Source of the DNA: Nitrososphaerota archaeon
GTDB taxonomy: Archaea; Thermoproteota; Nitrososphaeria; Nitrososphaerales; JACPRH01
Assembly: GCA_016190055.1 (NCBI GenBank)
Contig: JACPRH010000057.1
Span: forward strand, 2,434 to 66,433
Length of the DNA stretch: 64,000 nucleotides
Reading direction: 5' to 3'
Shown here: positions 1 through 9,338 of the stretch, in pieces
Numbering within the stretch: the stretch's first letter is position 1
Layout of the letters: each line of letters starts with the position of its first letter
The notes under the pieces: generated by a model
Database searches by the model: none
The model's input: only the letters and a program-made list of their open reading frames with translations
Told to the model about the DNA's origin: nothing
Made by a program: the position numbers and the translations under genes

Positions 1-1018
1 CTCTCTCCAGTATCTCTTTCGACACCGACTCAACATCAGCATTTACAGTAAACGAGGCTGCTGTAGGATGACCTCCACCAACTCCACCGAAATGACCAGC
101 AACACCTTCAGCGATGTCACGCCCAAGATGAACACCCAACGCCTCGTAAAACTGTTGAGAAGCCCTGAGACAGCACCGAGCCTCCTCCTTATCCTCACCT
201 ACCGCCGCAGCAAAATCGGCGCCCAAATCAACCAACCCCCGCGCCACAGAGGCCTGATAGGAACCAACCTCCGTTAACGCAACCACCCAGTCACCGAGCC
301 GATACAGCGAAACCCGCTGCGTACCCTTCAACCGCGCAATACGTTCAGACGGGTCCCTGATAGCGCCAAGCGTCTCGACGGCCGACCCGATTGAAGCACC
401 TTTCCCGCATAAATCAGCTGCAGCCTGAACGGTATGAGCTGTTGAGAGCTTAAGATGCCTCGAATCCGCCAAGATACCGATCAACAAAACCTGCGCAACA
501 GCCTTAGTCACCGGAACATTCTGAGCCACCAGCAGATCATAAATTATTTCGCAGGTAGAGGTCGCCGATTCATCCAGCAGCAAATAGTCAGCGACCGTTT
601 TCACAGAGCCGCTCAGCGGGTGATGATCCAGAAAGATCTTTAGGCACCTTGCTTTTGCAAGGGGTTCCTGTAGATCCGCAAGCAGCTGCGGGTTACCGGT
701 GTCCACGACCACGACCAGATCCACGTCTTCAAAACCCGTATCCTCAGATGAACGAATAGGGTACTCTGATGCCACTCGCTTAGCAGGTATACTTAGCCCT
801 TCAGGAGTGACAACTGATACTCGAAGCCCCTTCCTAAGCCGTCTTAACAGGTAAGCGACCCCGTAAGCCGCGGAGTACGCGTCAACGTCAGCATGCTTAT
901 GGGTAAGAATTACCGCTCGTCGAAGGATATCCGGCTGAACATAAGGGAAGTGAGCTAAGGCTTCGTGGTACCGCTCAGCTGCCCTGCGGCTGGCCCCGGC
1001 TACGTGCAGCTTCTTCAA
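1..1018 (-). CDS. DHH/DHHA1 family phosphoesterase; 3' end runs off the window
   Basis: Absent from the ORF track because there is no in-window stop. My minus-strand translation in one fixed phase gives ILTHKHADVDAYSAAYG (motif I, ~878-910), VVVDTGNPQLL (motif II, ~690-715), FLDHHPLSG (DHH motif, ~608-634) and HFGGVGGGHPTA (DHHA1 GGGH, ~62-100). There is an in-frame stop at 1037-1039. TTG at 1018 is preceded by AGGAG. Confidence 0.7.
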   Translation of the reverse strand, partial: MKKLHVAGASRRAAERYHEALAHFPYVQPDILRRAVILTHKHADVDAYSAAYGVAYLLRRLRKGLRVSVVTPEGLSIPAKRVASEYPIRSSEDTGFEDVDLVVVVDTGNPQLLADLQEPLAKARCLKIFLDHHPLSGSVKTVADYLLLDESATSTCEIIYDLLVAQNVPVTKAVAQVLLIGILADSRHLKLSTAHTVQAAADLCGKGASIGSAVETLGAIRDPSERIARLKGTQRVSLYRLGDWVVALTEVGSYQASVARGLVDLGADFAAAVGEDKEEARCCLRASQQFYEALGVHLGRDIAEGVAGHFGGVGGGHPTAASFTVNADVESVSKEILER

Positions 1019-1343
1019 GCTTGGACTGAATCTCCTTCAGGGTTTCCCGGAGACGCGTCTCCTGCCGGGCCAGAACAGTGACCCGAGTGTTGCCGAGCTC
1101 ACGCCGCTCCTCAAGATCCTTCAACACATCAACCTTACTAGCCTTGATCAATAGTGACCCAGCTGACTTGTAAACCACCCCATCGTCAGGTGATTTCCGC
1201 AGCTCAGCCAAAGCCCGCTCCACCTCAGTCAACTCCATCTCAACCTGCTGCTTCTGAGCCAGAACCGCCTGTAAGCTCTGCTGATTCTGCTCAAACCGGG
1301 CGAGCTGTTCACGAAGCCACGGAGGAACTTCTTCTCGACTCAA
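975..1343 (-). CDS. pfdB: prefoldin beta subunit
   Basis: 122 aa coiled-coil protein. It shows QLARFEQNQQSLQAVLAQKQQVEMELTEVERALAEL ... VYKSAGSLLIKASK ... then a second coiled coil, the typical prefoldin beta layout, and sits in the exosome superoperon context. Confidence 0.85.
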   Translation of the reverse strand: MSREEVPPWLREQLARFEQNQQSLQAVLAQKQQVEMELTEVERALAELRKSPDDGVVYKSAGSLLIKASKVDVLKDLEERRELGNTRVTVLARQETRLRETLKEIQSKLEEAARSRGQPQGS

Positions 1344-1443
1344 AACTCAATCAACACTCTATACGACAATCTCTGCCGAAGCGGATACATAAGCATTTAC
1401 AGACAAACAAACCAGACAAATAGGCGGACTGACAGTTCGCTCT

Positions 1444-1725
1444 TTAATTTAGAGATAGTAGCGCCTCTGATGAAGCACGTATCAGGTTGAAGTAAGAGTT
1501 GGCTCCAGCCCGTAGATTAGCTAGATCCTCAGATTTCAACAGCAGTTTGAGATGCCCATCATCAGATACCTTCAACTCAGCCTCTACAAACCGCTCTGAA
1601 CCGCGTTTAATCTCAGGCTGCAGAGCCTCAGCTACTGCAGAGCATACTCTAGTATCCAGGTCAAACTCTAGTGTGACGGAGGCTTCTACTGGTTTAAGCG
1701 GCGACGTCGTAGGCTCCACCGGCAA
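1444..1725 (-). CDS. pcc1: KEOPS complex Pcc1-like subunit
   Basis: 93 aa. The pattern SVTLEFDL..AVAEALQPE...KLLLKSEDLANLRAGANSYFNLIRASSEAL matches the Pcc1/CTAG signature (A.D...LRA..NS+...). It lies directly downstream of eL43, as in archaeal exosome superoperons. TTG start; overlaps the eL43 3' end. Confidence 0.6.
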   Translation of the reverse strand: MPVEPTTSPLKPVEASVTLEFDLDTRVCSAVAEALQPEIKRGSERFVEAELKVSDDGHLKLLLKSEDLANLRAGANSYFNLIRASSEALLSLN

Positions 1726-1912
1726 CCTTGAAGCTGCATCTGCCGCAGACCCAGATTCCGGCGGACTCGCGCTTGAACTTTAATGAGCCGCACTCTGGGC
1801 ACTGCCGTTTCTGCTTCAAGAGACGGTAGACTCGGCTGTATCGTTTTCGTACTGAGCCGCCGTATTTTTGAGCCAGACCTTTCAGTGAAGGTTTACTTCT
1901 GCTTCTTCCCAT
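1694..1912 (-). CDS. rpl37ae: 50S ribosomal protein eL43 (L37Ae)
   Basis: Zn-ribbon CPECGSLKFKRESAGIWVCGRCSFKVAGGAY plus a basic N-terminus [22 protein letters not shown]. Start placed at the internal ATG of ORF 1694..1921. Confidence 0.85.
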   Translation of the reverse strand: MGRSRSKPSLKGLAQKYGGSVRKRYSRVYRLLKQKRQCPECGSLKFKRESAGIWVCGRCSFKVAGGAYDVAA

Positions 1913-2732
1913 GTCCAACACTTTTCTTTAGCATCTTACGGATTTCTTCACCCTTGCTTATGGCGGTGTCTATCGCGAGCATCACCTGTTCTTCAGTGAA
2001 GCCGCCGGGGTTTCCTTTTTGGCCTGCGCATATGGTGTTCTTATCGGCTGATGCAATAGTGATTCTAGCTGTCATCACAGACTCCTCGTCTAGAGTAGGA
2101 TCTACGATGATAGTGTTTCCTATCAGCACCATCGTAATTGAGATGGGGGTGAGTTTCACTGGGAGAGGTATTGTTTTACCGGTGTCTTTAACGCCCTCGG
2201 CAGTTACTTCATACTTTGGCATCGTAGAGGACAGTAGAGCCGCTACAGCCGCGTATGAAACTGCGTCGAACAGGTTTCCATCAACGTTCAGGACGCTCAC
2301 ATCTATGAAGACCGCTAGCACATTCTTGCCCTTAACTAGGCAGAGCTCTTTGAGATCAACTACGCCAGATTCACGGATACCTCTATCCGCGACACGGGCG
2401 AGCTCAATCGCATCCTCGTTAGGTGGACCTGGCTCAGCGTAAGCTGAAGCGAGAGGTAGAACCTCGGCTGTAACAATGAGTAGTCCTTGATCAGGAGTAT
2501 CCTCGAAGGGTGCGCCTGTCTGAACCTTGACGCCTGCGATGACCTCTGTGTTACCTATCCTTACCTTTGCTGAACCGTTCGCCTTCTCGATGATTCCAGT
2601 TTCAATGGTTATCGGCCTGTAGTCAAGTAGGCCTCTGCCGTCGAGCCTCACGCCCTTTGTGAGGACGTCGAGCATTTGCGCCCGTTTCAGATGTTCAACT
2701 ACGAGAGATTTCTTAGACATCTTACTGTTCAC
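1893..2732 (-). CDS. rrp42: exosome complex component Rrp42 (RNase PH-like, inactive subunit)
   Basis: 279 aa with an RNase PH fold signature: [41 protein letters not shown]. Lies downstream of rrp41 with an overlap. Confidence 0.9.
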   Translation of the reverse strand: MNSKMSKKSLVVEHLKRAQMLDVLTKGVRLDGRGLLDYRPITIETGIIEKANGSAKVRIGNTEVIAGVKVQTGAPFEDTPDQGLLIVTAEVLPLASAYAEPGPPNEDAIELARVADRGIRESGVVDLKELCLVKGKNVLAVFIDVSVLNVDGNLFDAVSYAAVAALLSSTMPKYEVTAEGVKDTGKTIPLPVKLTPISITMVLIGNTIIVDPTLDEESVMTARITIASADKNTICAGQKGNPGGFTEEQVMLAIDTAISKGEEIRKMLKKSVGHGKKQK

Positions 2733-3462
2733 CGGTCTCCTCTGCGCCGAAGTACTTTTCCATTAAGGCTTTACGTTGAATGTCGTACACCTTCATGCAC
2801 CCATCTTTGGCTAGTTTAAAAGCCTCGTCGAACTCTTTTCTGCTGAACCTTCCATCAAGCTGCAGTAGAGTGACCTGTCCGAGGTTAGGGAGTATCGCCA
2901 TAGGCATGTCGCCTTCACCCTCCTTATCCTCCACGTCATCTAGGTCAACTACGACTCTGCCTTCAATCTTACCGGCGGCGCAGCCGACTACAAGGTCACG
3001 CATATTGATGCCTGCATCAGCCAACGCTAGAGAGGCTGCTGTAATGCTTGCACATCTTGAACCACCATCTGACTGAAGTACCTCAAGGTACACTTCGATA
3101 GCGGTTCTCGGATAGTCCGTTAGAATTAGAGCAGGCTCCAATCCTTCACGGATAACCTTGGAGATTTCGATCTCTCGCCGCGATGGCGCAGGGTTCTTAC
3201 GGGTGTCAGTCGAGAATGGCGTCATGTGGTAACGGCATCTCAGAACTGATCTATCAGGTACAGACATGTGTTTTGGATGAACCTCTCTGGGCCCGTAGAC
3301 CGCAGCCATGATTTTGTTCTTCCCGAACTCGATGTAAGCGGAGCCATCTGCGTTCTCTAAGACTCCGACCTTCATGGTGACAGGCCTTAACTCGTTAAAC
3401 TTGCGGCCGTCATGTCTTACGCCTTTCGCGTCGAGTAATTTAGTAATACTACTCTTACTCAT
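2722..3462 (-). CDS. rrp41: exosome complex exonuclease Rrp41 (RNase PH-like, catalytic)
   Basis: 246 aa: [47 protein letters not shown] ... [21 protein letters not shown]. Confidence 0.9.
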   Translation of the reverse strand: MSKSSITKLLDAKGVRHDGRKFNELRPVTMKVGVLENADGSAYIEFGKNKIMAAVYGPREVHPKHMSVPDRSVLRCRYHMTPFSTDTRKNPAPSRREIEISKVIREGLEPALILTDYPRTAIEVYLEVLQSDGGSRCASITAASLALADAGINMRDLVVGCAAGKIEGRVVVDLDDVEDKEGEGDMPMAILPNLGQVTLLQLDGRFSRKEFDEAFKLAKDGCMKVYDIQRKALMEKYFGAEETGEQ

Positions 3463-4175
3463 TCTTCTTGCTCACCATCACTTTCACTTTCACTTTTTTC
3501 GTCAACCTTAACAGATAGGAGCGTCTGAACCTTTTGAGTCAGATCGGCGACGTGCGCCTCTTTCTCAATCAGTCTCAGCGCGGAGATCGCTTTAATGATC
3601 CCTTCAGTCGGCCCCGATATTACAATCAGCCCGTTCTGAGCGACTGTCAACCGGCAGTTAGTGCCCATCTCGACCGCTCGGATCATTGAGCCCTTTTTAC
3701 CGATTACGCGAGGCACCTTCGTCGGAGAGATCTTTACAACCTCACCCTGCCTAATTTTGCCTAACCCGGGTCCTGACAATGACAGCAGCGGGTCTCTGGT
3801 TCTGTCGAAGGCCATAACCTTCGCAGCTATCAGGTCTCCGACCGCGAACTTCTGTGTAAGCTCGTTACGAGCAGGGGAGTAGTCTCGCCCAAACACGTTC
3901 TGAGCAGGCAGATAGGCGTAGAAGCAGGAGTTGATATCGACCTCCCACGCGAAGGCGGAGTAATCGACAATCTTCCCAACCACCAAGTCATCCACCCGCG
4001 GAATGTAAGGTCCCGTAAGAGGGATAACCCGCACCGAGTCAGGTGTAATCTCAGCCATCCCGACCCGCGTCGAATAATACTTGTCCTCCACTCGGAACAC
4101 GTTTAGGGAGTTCTTGTACTTACCTTCACTCACAAGCTCTCCGGGGATAACATATTTTCTTGTTACGTCAACCAT
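3459..4175 (-). CDS. rrp4: exosome complex RNA-binding protein Rrp4 (S1 + KH)
   Basis: Contains VIPGELV..., DLVVGKIVD (S1) and [16 protein letters not shown] (KH GxxG). Start moved to the internal ATG (MVDVTRKYV), 7 nt after the upstream SBDS stop. Confidence 0.9.
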   Translation of the reverse strand: MVDVTRKYVIPGELVSEGKYKNSLNVFRVEDKYYSTRVGMAEITPDSVRVIPLTGPYIPRVDDLVVGKIVDYSAFAWEVDINSCFYAYLPAQNVFGRDYSPARNELTQKFAVGDLIAAKVMAFDRTRDPLLSLSGPGLGKIRQGEVVKISPTKVPRVIGKKGSMIRAVEMGTNCRLTVAQNGLIVISGPTEGIIKAISALRLIEKEAHVADLTQKVQTLLSVKVDEKSESESDGEQEE

Positions 4176-4182
4176 CGCAATA

Positions 4183-4878
4183 TCACCTTTCAACAGTCGC
4201 CTGAGCCGCTCCTCTCGTAGCGGAGCCAAGCCGCTCCAGCAGCGACGCATGCACACCGGCAGTTATTTCAACCAAAGCCGTCAACGAGCCATCCGAACCC
4301 CACTCCTCCTTAAGGATCTCGCCGGACCCTTTGAGAACACCAATAGCCTGCGGCGCAAACTGAGGAGGAACCTTGACCCGGATCTTCATCTTCTCAGACT
4401 TCAAAGGTATAACAGGACGAAGCAGATCCACAACAACCTTGGTCTGCTCCTGCACATCCTTAAACGGATCAATAGACACCCTGATCTCCTGCATAGCCTG
4501 CTCAATCCTTGTAGGCGGATGAGGCAACCCTGTCCGCGGATCAACAAAGTTCCGCGCAATAATAGAAACTATCTGCTTACGCTTATCCTCAACTATCTTA
4601 CGACGCTGATCAGTAGTGAGCTGAAGATCCCCACGTTTAAGCACAATCTTAGCGGCTTCAGCGTGATCAGTCGTCCCCAGACTCTTCTTCAGCTTCTCAG
4701 CATTTGCACGAAGTCCCTTAGAGGAGTCTGAGTAAACCTCATCGATCGCTATAACCTGAGACAACTCGACGTTCCTTCCTAGTTTAAAGCTAAGAGCGTT
4801 GTCCGGGTTGACCAAAATCTCGAAACGTTCACCGTCCACCGTAAGGCGGACTGTGGTAAATTTGCCAGACATTTGCAA
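4183..4878 (-). CDS. SBDS/Sdo1 family ribosome maturation protein
   Basis: 231 aa: TVRLTVDGERFEILVNPDNALSFKLG...VYSDSSKGLRA...LGTTD. Occupies the conserved position between psmA and rrp4. Confidence 0.85.
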   Translation of the reverse strand: MQMSGKFTTVRLTVDGERFEILVNPDNALSFKLGRNVELSQVIAIDEVYSDSSKGLRANAEKLKKSLGTTDHAEAAKIVLKRGDLQLTTDQRRKIVEDKRKQIVSIIARNFVDPRTGLPHPPTRIEQAMQEIRVSIDPFKDVQEQTKVVVDLLRPVIPLKSEKMKIRVKVPPQFAPQAIGVLKGSGEILKEEWGSDGSLTALVEITAGVHASLLERLGSATRGAAQATVER

Positions 4879-4994
4879 TTACAACCCTCTTTTCCATTTT
4901 TCCCATTCAAACCCTTTTTAACCGATCTATAAAAAGCCGTTGGTCAGCAGAGACCTTTACACTACAATTTCACAGTAATATGACGTTTTGTAGA

Positions 4995-5744
4995 TTAGCT
5001 TGATTTGCCTTCACCGGCTTCCGGCTGGCGATTCTTCGCCTTTCCAGTATATTTCTCAATTTCCTGCTGCGACAATCTGCGTAGCTTCCTGGTCTTGGTG
5101 TCAATCACAGCCATCTTGATATGTTGAGAGCCGGACTTGTCTTCACTGATCAGGTAGATGGATTCTACAGCCTTTACACAAGCATCATCTAAGCTGAGAT
5201 CCTCCTCATAGTTATGTTCCAGGTACTCAGTCACCTGCTCACTTCCGGCACCGATAGCTACTGCATCATACGCCATGTAGGTTCCGCTAGGGTCAGTTAG
5301 GAAGATCTCCGGCCCGGTTTTATCAACCCCTCCGATGATTAAGGAGACACCGAATGGCCTAACTCCAGCATACTGAGTGAACTGCTGAGCAAGATCAGCG
5401 ATTCGCCGCGCCACCGTTTCGACGCTGGCGATCTCGTCGTAAACTAGGCGGTTGCTCTGAGCCATAACTCGAGCCTGATCAACTTGGACACGAGCATCAG
5501 GAATGTATCCAGCGGCGACCACGCCTAAATGATCGTCAACCTGAAAGATCTTTTGACTCATAGCGGTGTTTTGGAGCTTTCTACTCTTCTCCTCAACAGC
5601 TAAAACTACACCTTCTCCGGATCTAATACCGACTGCTAGCGTGCCGCGTCTTACAGTCTCGATGGCGTATTCAACCTGATAGAGTCGACCGTCAGGTGAG
5701 AAAACAGTAATAGCTCGGTCATAGCCTGCCGCAGCTGGGAACAA
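4995..5744 (-). CDS. psmA: proteasome subunit alpha
   Basis: 249 aa with the N-terminal signature YDRAITVFSPDGRLYQVEYA and the rest of the 20S alpha fold. Confidence 0.95.
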   Translation of the reverse strand: MFPAAAGYDRAITVFSPDGRLYQVEYAIETVRRGTLAVGIRSGEGVVLAVEEKSRKLQNTAMSQKIFQVDDHLGVVAAGYIPDARVQVDQARVMAQSNRLVYDEIASVETVARRIADLAQQFTQYAGVRPFGVSLIIGGVDKTGPEIFLTDPSGTYMAYDAVAIGAGSEQVTEYLEHNYEEDLSLDDACVKAVESIYLISEDKSGSQHIKMAVIDTKTRKLRRLSQQEIEKYTGKAKNRQPEAGEGKSS

Positions 5745-5986
5745 ATGATAACACCTACGTTGAGGGGAGAAAGAGCCTGATTTAAAAGCTTTAACAACAC
5801 AAATGCTTACTATTGATTCCTGCTACAGGCGGTACTGCTAAGTTACAGTTCAAGCGAAGCTACGAAAGTAGAGCTAAAAGTTCTTCATCTCAACAGAACT
5901 GCTCTGCTGCAGCATCGCAAAACAGGTGCTTACAGTGGAATAGAGCCTCAACATGAACATACTAATGGAGACAGCGGTTGTTTTTT

Positions 5987-6946
5987 TTACCGAACGGTGG
6001 CGCACTGCAAAGGTCTGCTCTGAATAATGTAAAATGACCCTTTGGAGAGAGCCCATTCAATATCCTGCGGTGCCCCGAAGAGAGACTCGATACCTAAACT
6101 TAGCCGAGCGAGCTCCGCTACAGCTTGATCGGTGAGACAGGGCTTATCTCGCTTCGACTCTGGAGTTGACATATCTACTGTGCCAGCCGCTCCATCTGAG
6201 ACCCGCATCAGGCTCTTCGAAGCTGTTGTGCGTTTAACCACTTTCAAATCTTTCCGGTTGACCCAGAATCTATCAGGATCTACAGAGCCCGAGGTCACAG
6301 AGTCCCCGAGACCCCACGCACCTTCAATAACCATAACATTTGAGGTCTCTGAGAAAGGATCCTTAGTGAACAGGATACCTCCAGCCTCGGCTTCCACAAG
6401 CCTCTGCACGAGCACAGCCATCGATACTTTACATTGATCCAGATGTTTGAGGCGGCGGTAAACAATGGCTCGAGCCGTCCACAGTGAAGACCAGACTGAC
6501 TTTACCCGGCTAAGCACTTCTGGAACACCCGAGACGTTGATGAAGCTGTCGTACTGACCTGCGAAGCTGGCCGTCGACAGATCCTCTAGAGACGCGGATG
6601 ATCTGACAGCTACTGCGCAGCCGCCGAGACGTTGATACGCATCGGTAATTTCTTTTGAAAGCAGTTCAGGCAACGGTTTCGACTCGATATGCTGTCTGAC
6701 TAGATTCGACGCCGCTTCTAGGTCCCTCAGGTCTGTTGGGCTCACCGTTTTAAGATGAGATTCGATTTCCGTGGCAACCCCGTGTGTTTCAGTAAACACA
6801 TCGTATGCTTCGGTGGTGATGCAGAAAGCCTCTGGGATTTTGCGACCCGTTCTGGTGAGCTTAGCTAACGTAGCGGCCTTGGATCCGAGGCTACGGACAT
6901 CTTTTTCACCGTTATTTACCTCGCTGAGCCACTGGATGAAGCGCAT
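5987..6946 (-). CDS. PEP/pyruvate-dikinase N-terminal (PPDK_N) ATP-grasp domain protein, stand-alone
   Basis: LGSKAATLAKLTRTGRKIPEAFCITTEAY, VAVRSSASLEDLSTASFAGQYDSFINV, MAVLVQRLV..AGGILFTKDP, VIEGAWGLGDSVTSGSV and PQDIEWA. No swivel-His or PEP-binding domain follows. Start set at MRFIQWL; the ORF stays open up to 7177, so the start is uncertain. Confidence 0.7.
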   Translation of the reverse strand: MRFIQWLSEVNNGEKDVRSLGSKAATLAKLTRTGRKIPEAFCITTEAYDVFTETHGVATEIESHLKTVSPTDLRDLEAASNLVRQHIESKPLPELLSKEITDAYQRLGGCAVAVRSSASLEDLSTASFAGQYDSFINVSGVPEVLSRVKSVWSSLWTARAIVYRRLKHLDQCKVSMAVLVQRLVEAEAGGILFTKDPFSETSNVMVIEGAWGLGDSVTSGSVDPDRFWVNRKDLKVVKRTTASKSLMRVSDGAAGTVDMSTPESKRDKPCLTDQAVAELARLSLGIESLFGAPQDIEWALSKGSFYIIQSRPLQCATVR

Positions 6947-7203
6947 AGATAGACAGGTTTGCTGGATACTGGTATTCCTTATAGTTTTCATCAACAGGTT
7001 GGTGTCGAGTTCGGAGAGGGCAACTATGCGGTTGGTTGTTTCAATGGTGACAGTCATCACGGGTGTGGTGATTAAACCGGTGGTGGGATACGTGGTGGTT
7101 GTGAATCTTTCAGCAGCATTGATGCTCTGTGCGCTGATATTGATAGTTGTTCCGCTGCTGATGCGTGCAAGCTCCAAGACGGTTGCATCTGAAGAGAGCT
7201 GCG

Positions 7204-9000
7204 TTACTGATCAGCAGAATCCTTCGTCACAGGTATCTTGATGATGAAGGAGGAGCCTTTGCCTACAGTGCTCTCCACTAAGATGTGACCTCCGTGAGCC
7301 TCGACGATTCGTTTGCAGACAGCTAATCCGAAGCCTTGACCTTTAGCTTTGGTGGTGAAGAGTGGGCGGAATATTTTCTCAAGGTTCTCTTCAGGTATGC
7401 CTACGCCTGTGTCGCTTACGGATAGCAGGAAGTCGCTGTCCTTACGAGATGCGGTGATTGAGAGGAGACCGCCGTTAGGCATCGCTTGTACCGCGTTGAT
7501 GACCAAGTTGGTTAGAACACGTTTTGTAAGCGCGGGATCCAGCATGGCAGGGTTGGAGCCTTTAGCGACCTCGATAACCACCTTGACGCTCTCCGGAATC
7601 GAGATTGCTGAGACGGTGTCCTCTATCAGCGGGCGGATCTTTGTTAGAACAGGTTGCACTGACATAGGTTTAGAGTAGTCCTGCAGGTCTGAGACGATTT
7701 TATCCATGTATTCAGCCTGCTTCTCCAGCTGCGTCAGAATGTTTTTCAAACCATTATAGTCGGATTCTGTGAGGTTCATTGAGAGCTTGCTGTTCGCTAA
7801 ATAGAGAAGGTTGACGACCGTTTGAAGCGGGTTGCGAAGATCGTGCCCCACCATGCTGGCGGTTTCACCGATACCGGCCATACGTTCAGCAGCCCGTAGC
7901 TGACGAGTCTTCTCCTCCACCAAGGCTTCTAAGCGCTCGGAGCGGTGCCTCAGCTCATCCTCCACCAGCTTCCTGTCTGTGACGTCGTGAAGGACAACTA
8001 CTCGGCTGTTCAGATGTCCCCGCCAATCGATGATCGGGGATACAAGCATATCGAAGGTGCGTCGCCCATACCAAGTGTCCAGCAGAACCTCTCGCCCTAT
8101 CTCGATTTCATCGTAGAGTTTCCCTATTTGGCTGGGCCAGCTTGTCCAGACCTTATCGATTCTGTGCCCGATTAGATCTGAGGTTGAGATACCGATCACG
8201 TATTGAGCTACAGGGTTCAAATCGACGATGCGGTTCTGCCCATCCAGCACAATTACACCGTCGCTCATACTTTCAACTACAACCTCTCGCGCTACTGGAA
8301 TGATATCGCCTAGCCGCATTTTGAAGATGCTGAAGGCTACGAACACGAAGGTCAAGGAGAGCGCTAGCGATGACGGATCGAAGTAAGGATAGGGAGGAAT
8401 TTTGACGGAGCTAAACAGACCGCTCACTCCGGGAACAAAGGTAAGGACGAGTAGAGCTATCACCTGCCGGCGGTACAGGTTATTGGAGCGAATAAGCAGC
8501 ACAATGAGCAGAAAACCGATGGCGAGCAGAAGCCAAAGGACATACGAGAACCATACCCAGAATCCGGCTCCGTACACATAGTCTAAGGGAAGGAAAGGAT
8601 CATCGACGTTGAGAGATATAGTGCGCCAGAAGAGGTGGTGGAGATCATTCGTCGCCACTAGGAACATAGTGAGAGCTGGCACGATGCTGACTAGTATTGT
8701 AGTGCGCGTGTTCAGCCATTTGGTGTTGCCGCTGTACTGCAGAATGTAGAGGAAGACTGCGATTGGGATAACTACGATGCCCACATATTGTATCTTGCTG
8801 AAAAGTATCTTGGCGGGTAAATCGTCGGTTGAGAGTCTGAAGAAGGCGCTGAGCATTAATTCGGCGCCTGCTGACATAAACAGCAGCTCGTATTTTGAGG
8901 GCGCGATCTGCCTGTTTCTCCAGACGTGAGCTATGGACATGCCTGTGAGTAGGAGGGCGGCAACGTAGGGAAGCGCGTATATGGATATAGCCCAAGTCAT
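7204..9000 (-). CDS. sensor histidine kinase (N-terminal multi-TM sensor, PAS, HisKA, HATPase_c)
   Basis: 598 aa. About 7 hydrophobic helices in the first ~230 aa, a PAS-like region (VVESMSDGVIVLDGQNRIVDLNPVA), an H-box (MVGHDLRNPL), an N-box (LTNLVINAVQAM) and G-boxes (DTGVGIP, GFGLAVC). Confidence 0.85.
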   Translation of the reverse strand: MTWAISIYALPYVAALLLTGMSIAHVWRNRQIAPSKYELLFMSAGAELMLSAFFRLSTDDLPAKILFSKIQYVGIVVIPIAVFLYILQYSGNTKWLNTRTTILVSIVPALTMFLVATNDLHHLFWRTISLNVDDPFLPLDYVYGAGFWVWFSYVLWLLLAIGFLLIVLLIRSNNLYRRQVIALLVLTFVPGVSGLFSSVKIPPYPYFDPSSLALSLTFVFVAFSIFKMRLGDIIPVAREVVVESMSDGVIVLDGQNRIVDLNPVAQYVIGISTSDLIGHRIDKVWTSWPSQIGKLYDEIEIGREVLLDTWYGRRTFDMLVSPIIDWRGHLNSRVVVLHDVTDRKLVEDELRHRSERLEALVEEKTRQLRAAERMAGIGETASMVGHDLRNPLQTVVNLLYLANSKLSMNLTESDYNGLKNILTQLEKQAEYMDKIVSDLQDYSKPMSVQPVLTKIRPLIEDTVSAISIPESVKVVIEVAKGSNPAMLDPALTKRVLTNLVINAVQAMPNGGLLSITASRKDSDFLLSVSDTGVGIPEENLEKIFRPLFTTKAKGQGFGLAVCKRIVEAHGGHILVESTVGKGSSFIIKIPVTKDSADQ

Positions 9001-9338
9001 CGGCTACTCCACCGCACCATATATCATACCTTGTTCATCCATCCTTTCAGAGGGGAAGTCGTCGATACCGCCTGCGGTGAAGCGCTCTGTGATCTATATT
9101 CATCAATAATATGTTCACCTAAGCGCTGCGGTACTCTCCGCGTGAGGAGCGATCCTTCCGCTTCACGTTCTAGAAGAAGTGACGTCAAGACTTTGATTAA
9201 TAATTTGTTAATAATATAACTTTGACTGATCTGTTGAATTCAAGTGTCTGCAAATCCGGTAGACGCGTGAAACGTTATTTTCAGAAGCAGGTGAAAGGAG
9301 AGAAATAGATAGATTCGTAGCCTAATCGAAACGTAGAG

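Noticed and set aside
1783-2442. 219-aa plus-strand ORF
   Set aside because: It is antisense to rrp42 and has no recognisable motifs. The same reasoning applies to the antisense ORFs 4081-4731 (SBDS), 22887-23420 and 23787-24242 (thermosome), 49563-50330 (leuC), 59041-59622 (thrC-like) and 63183-63782 (pyrG).
5874-6056. 60-aa minus-strand ORF overlapping the 3' end of the PPDK_N gene
   Set aside because: It overlaps a well-supported gene in another frame and has no features of its own.
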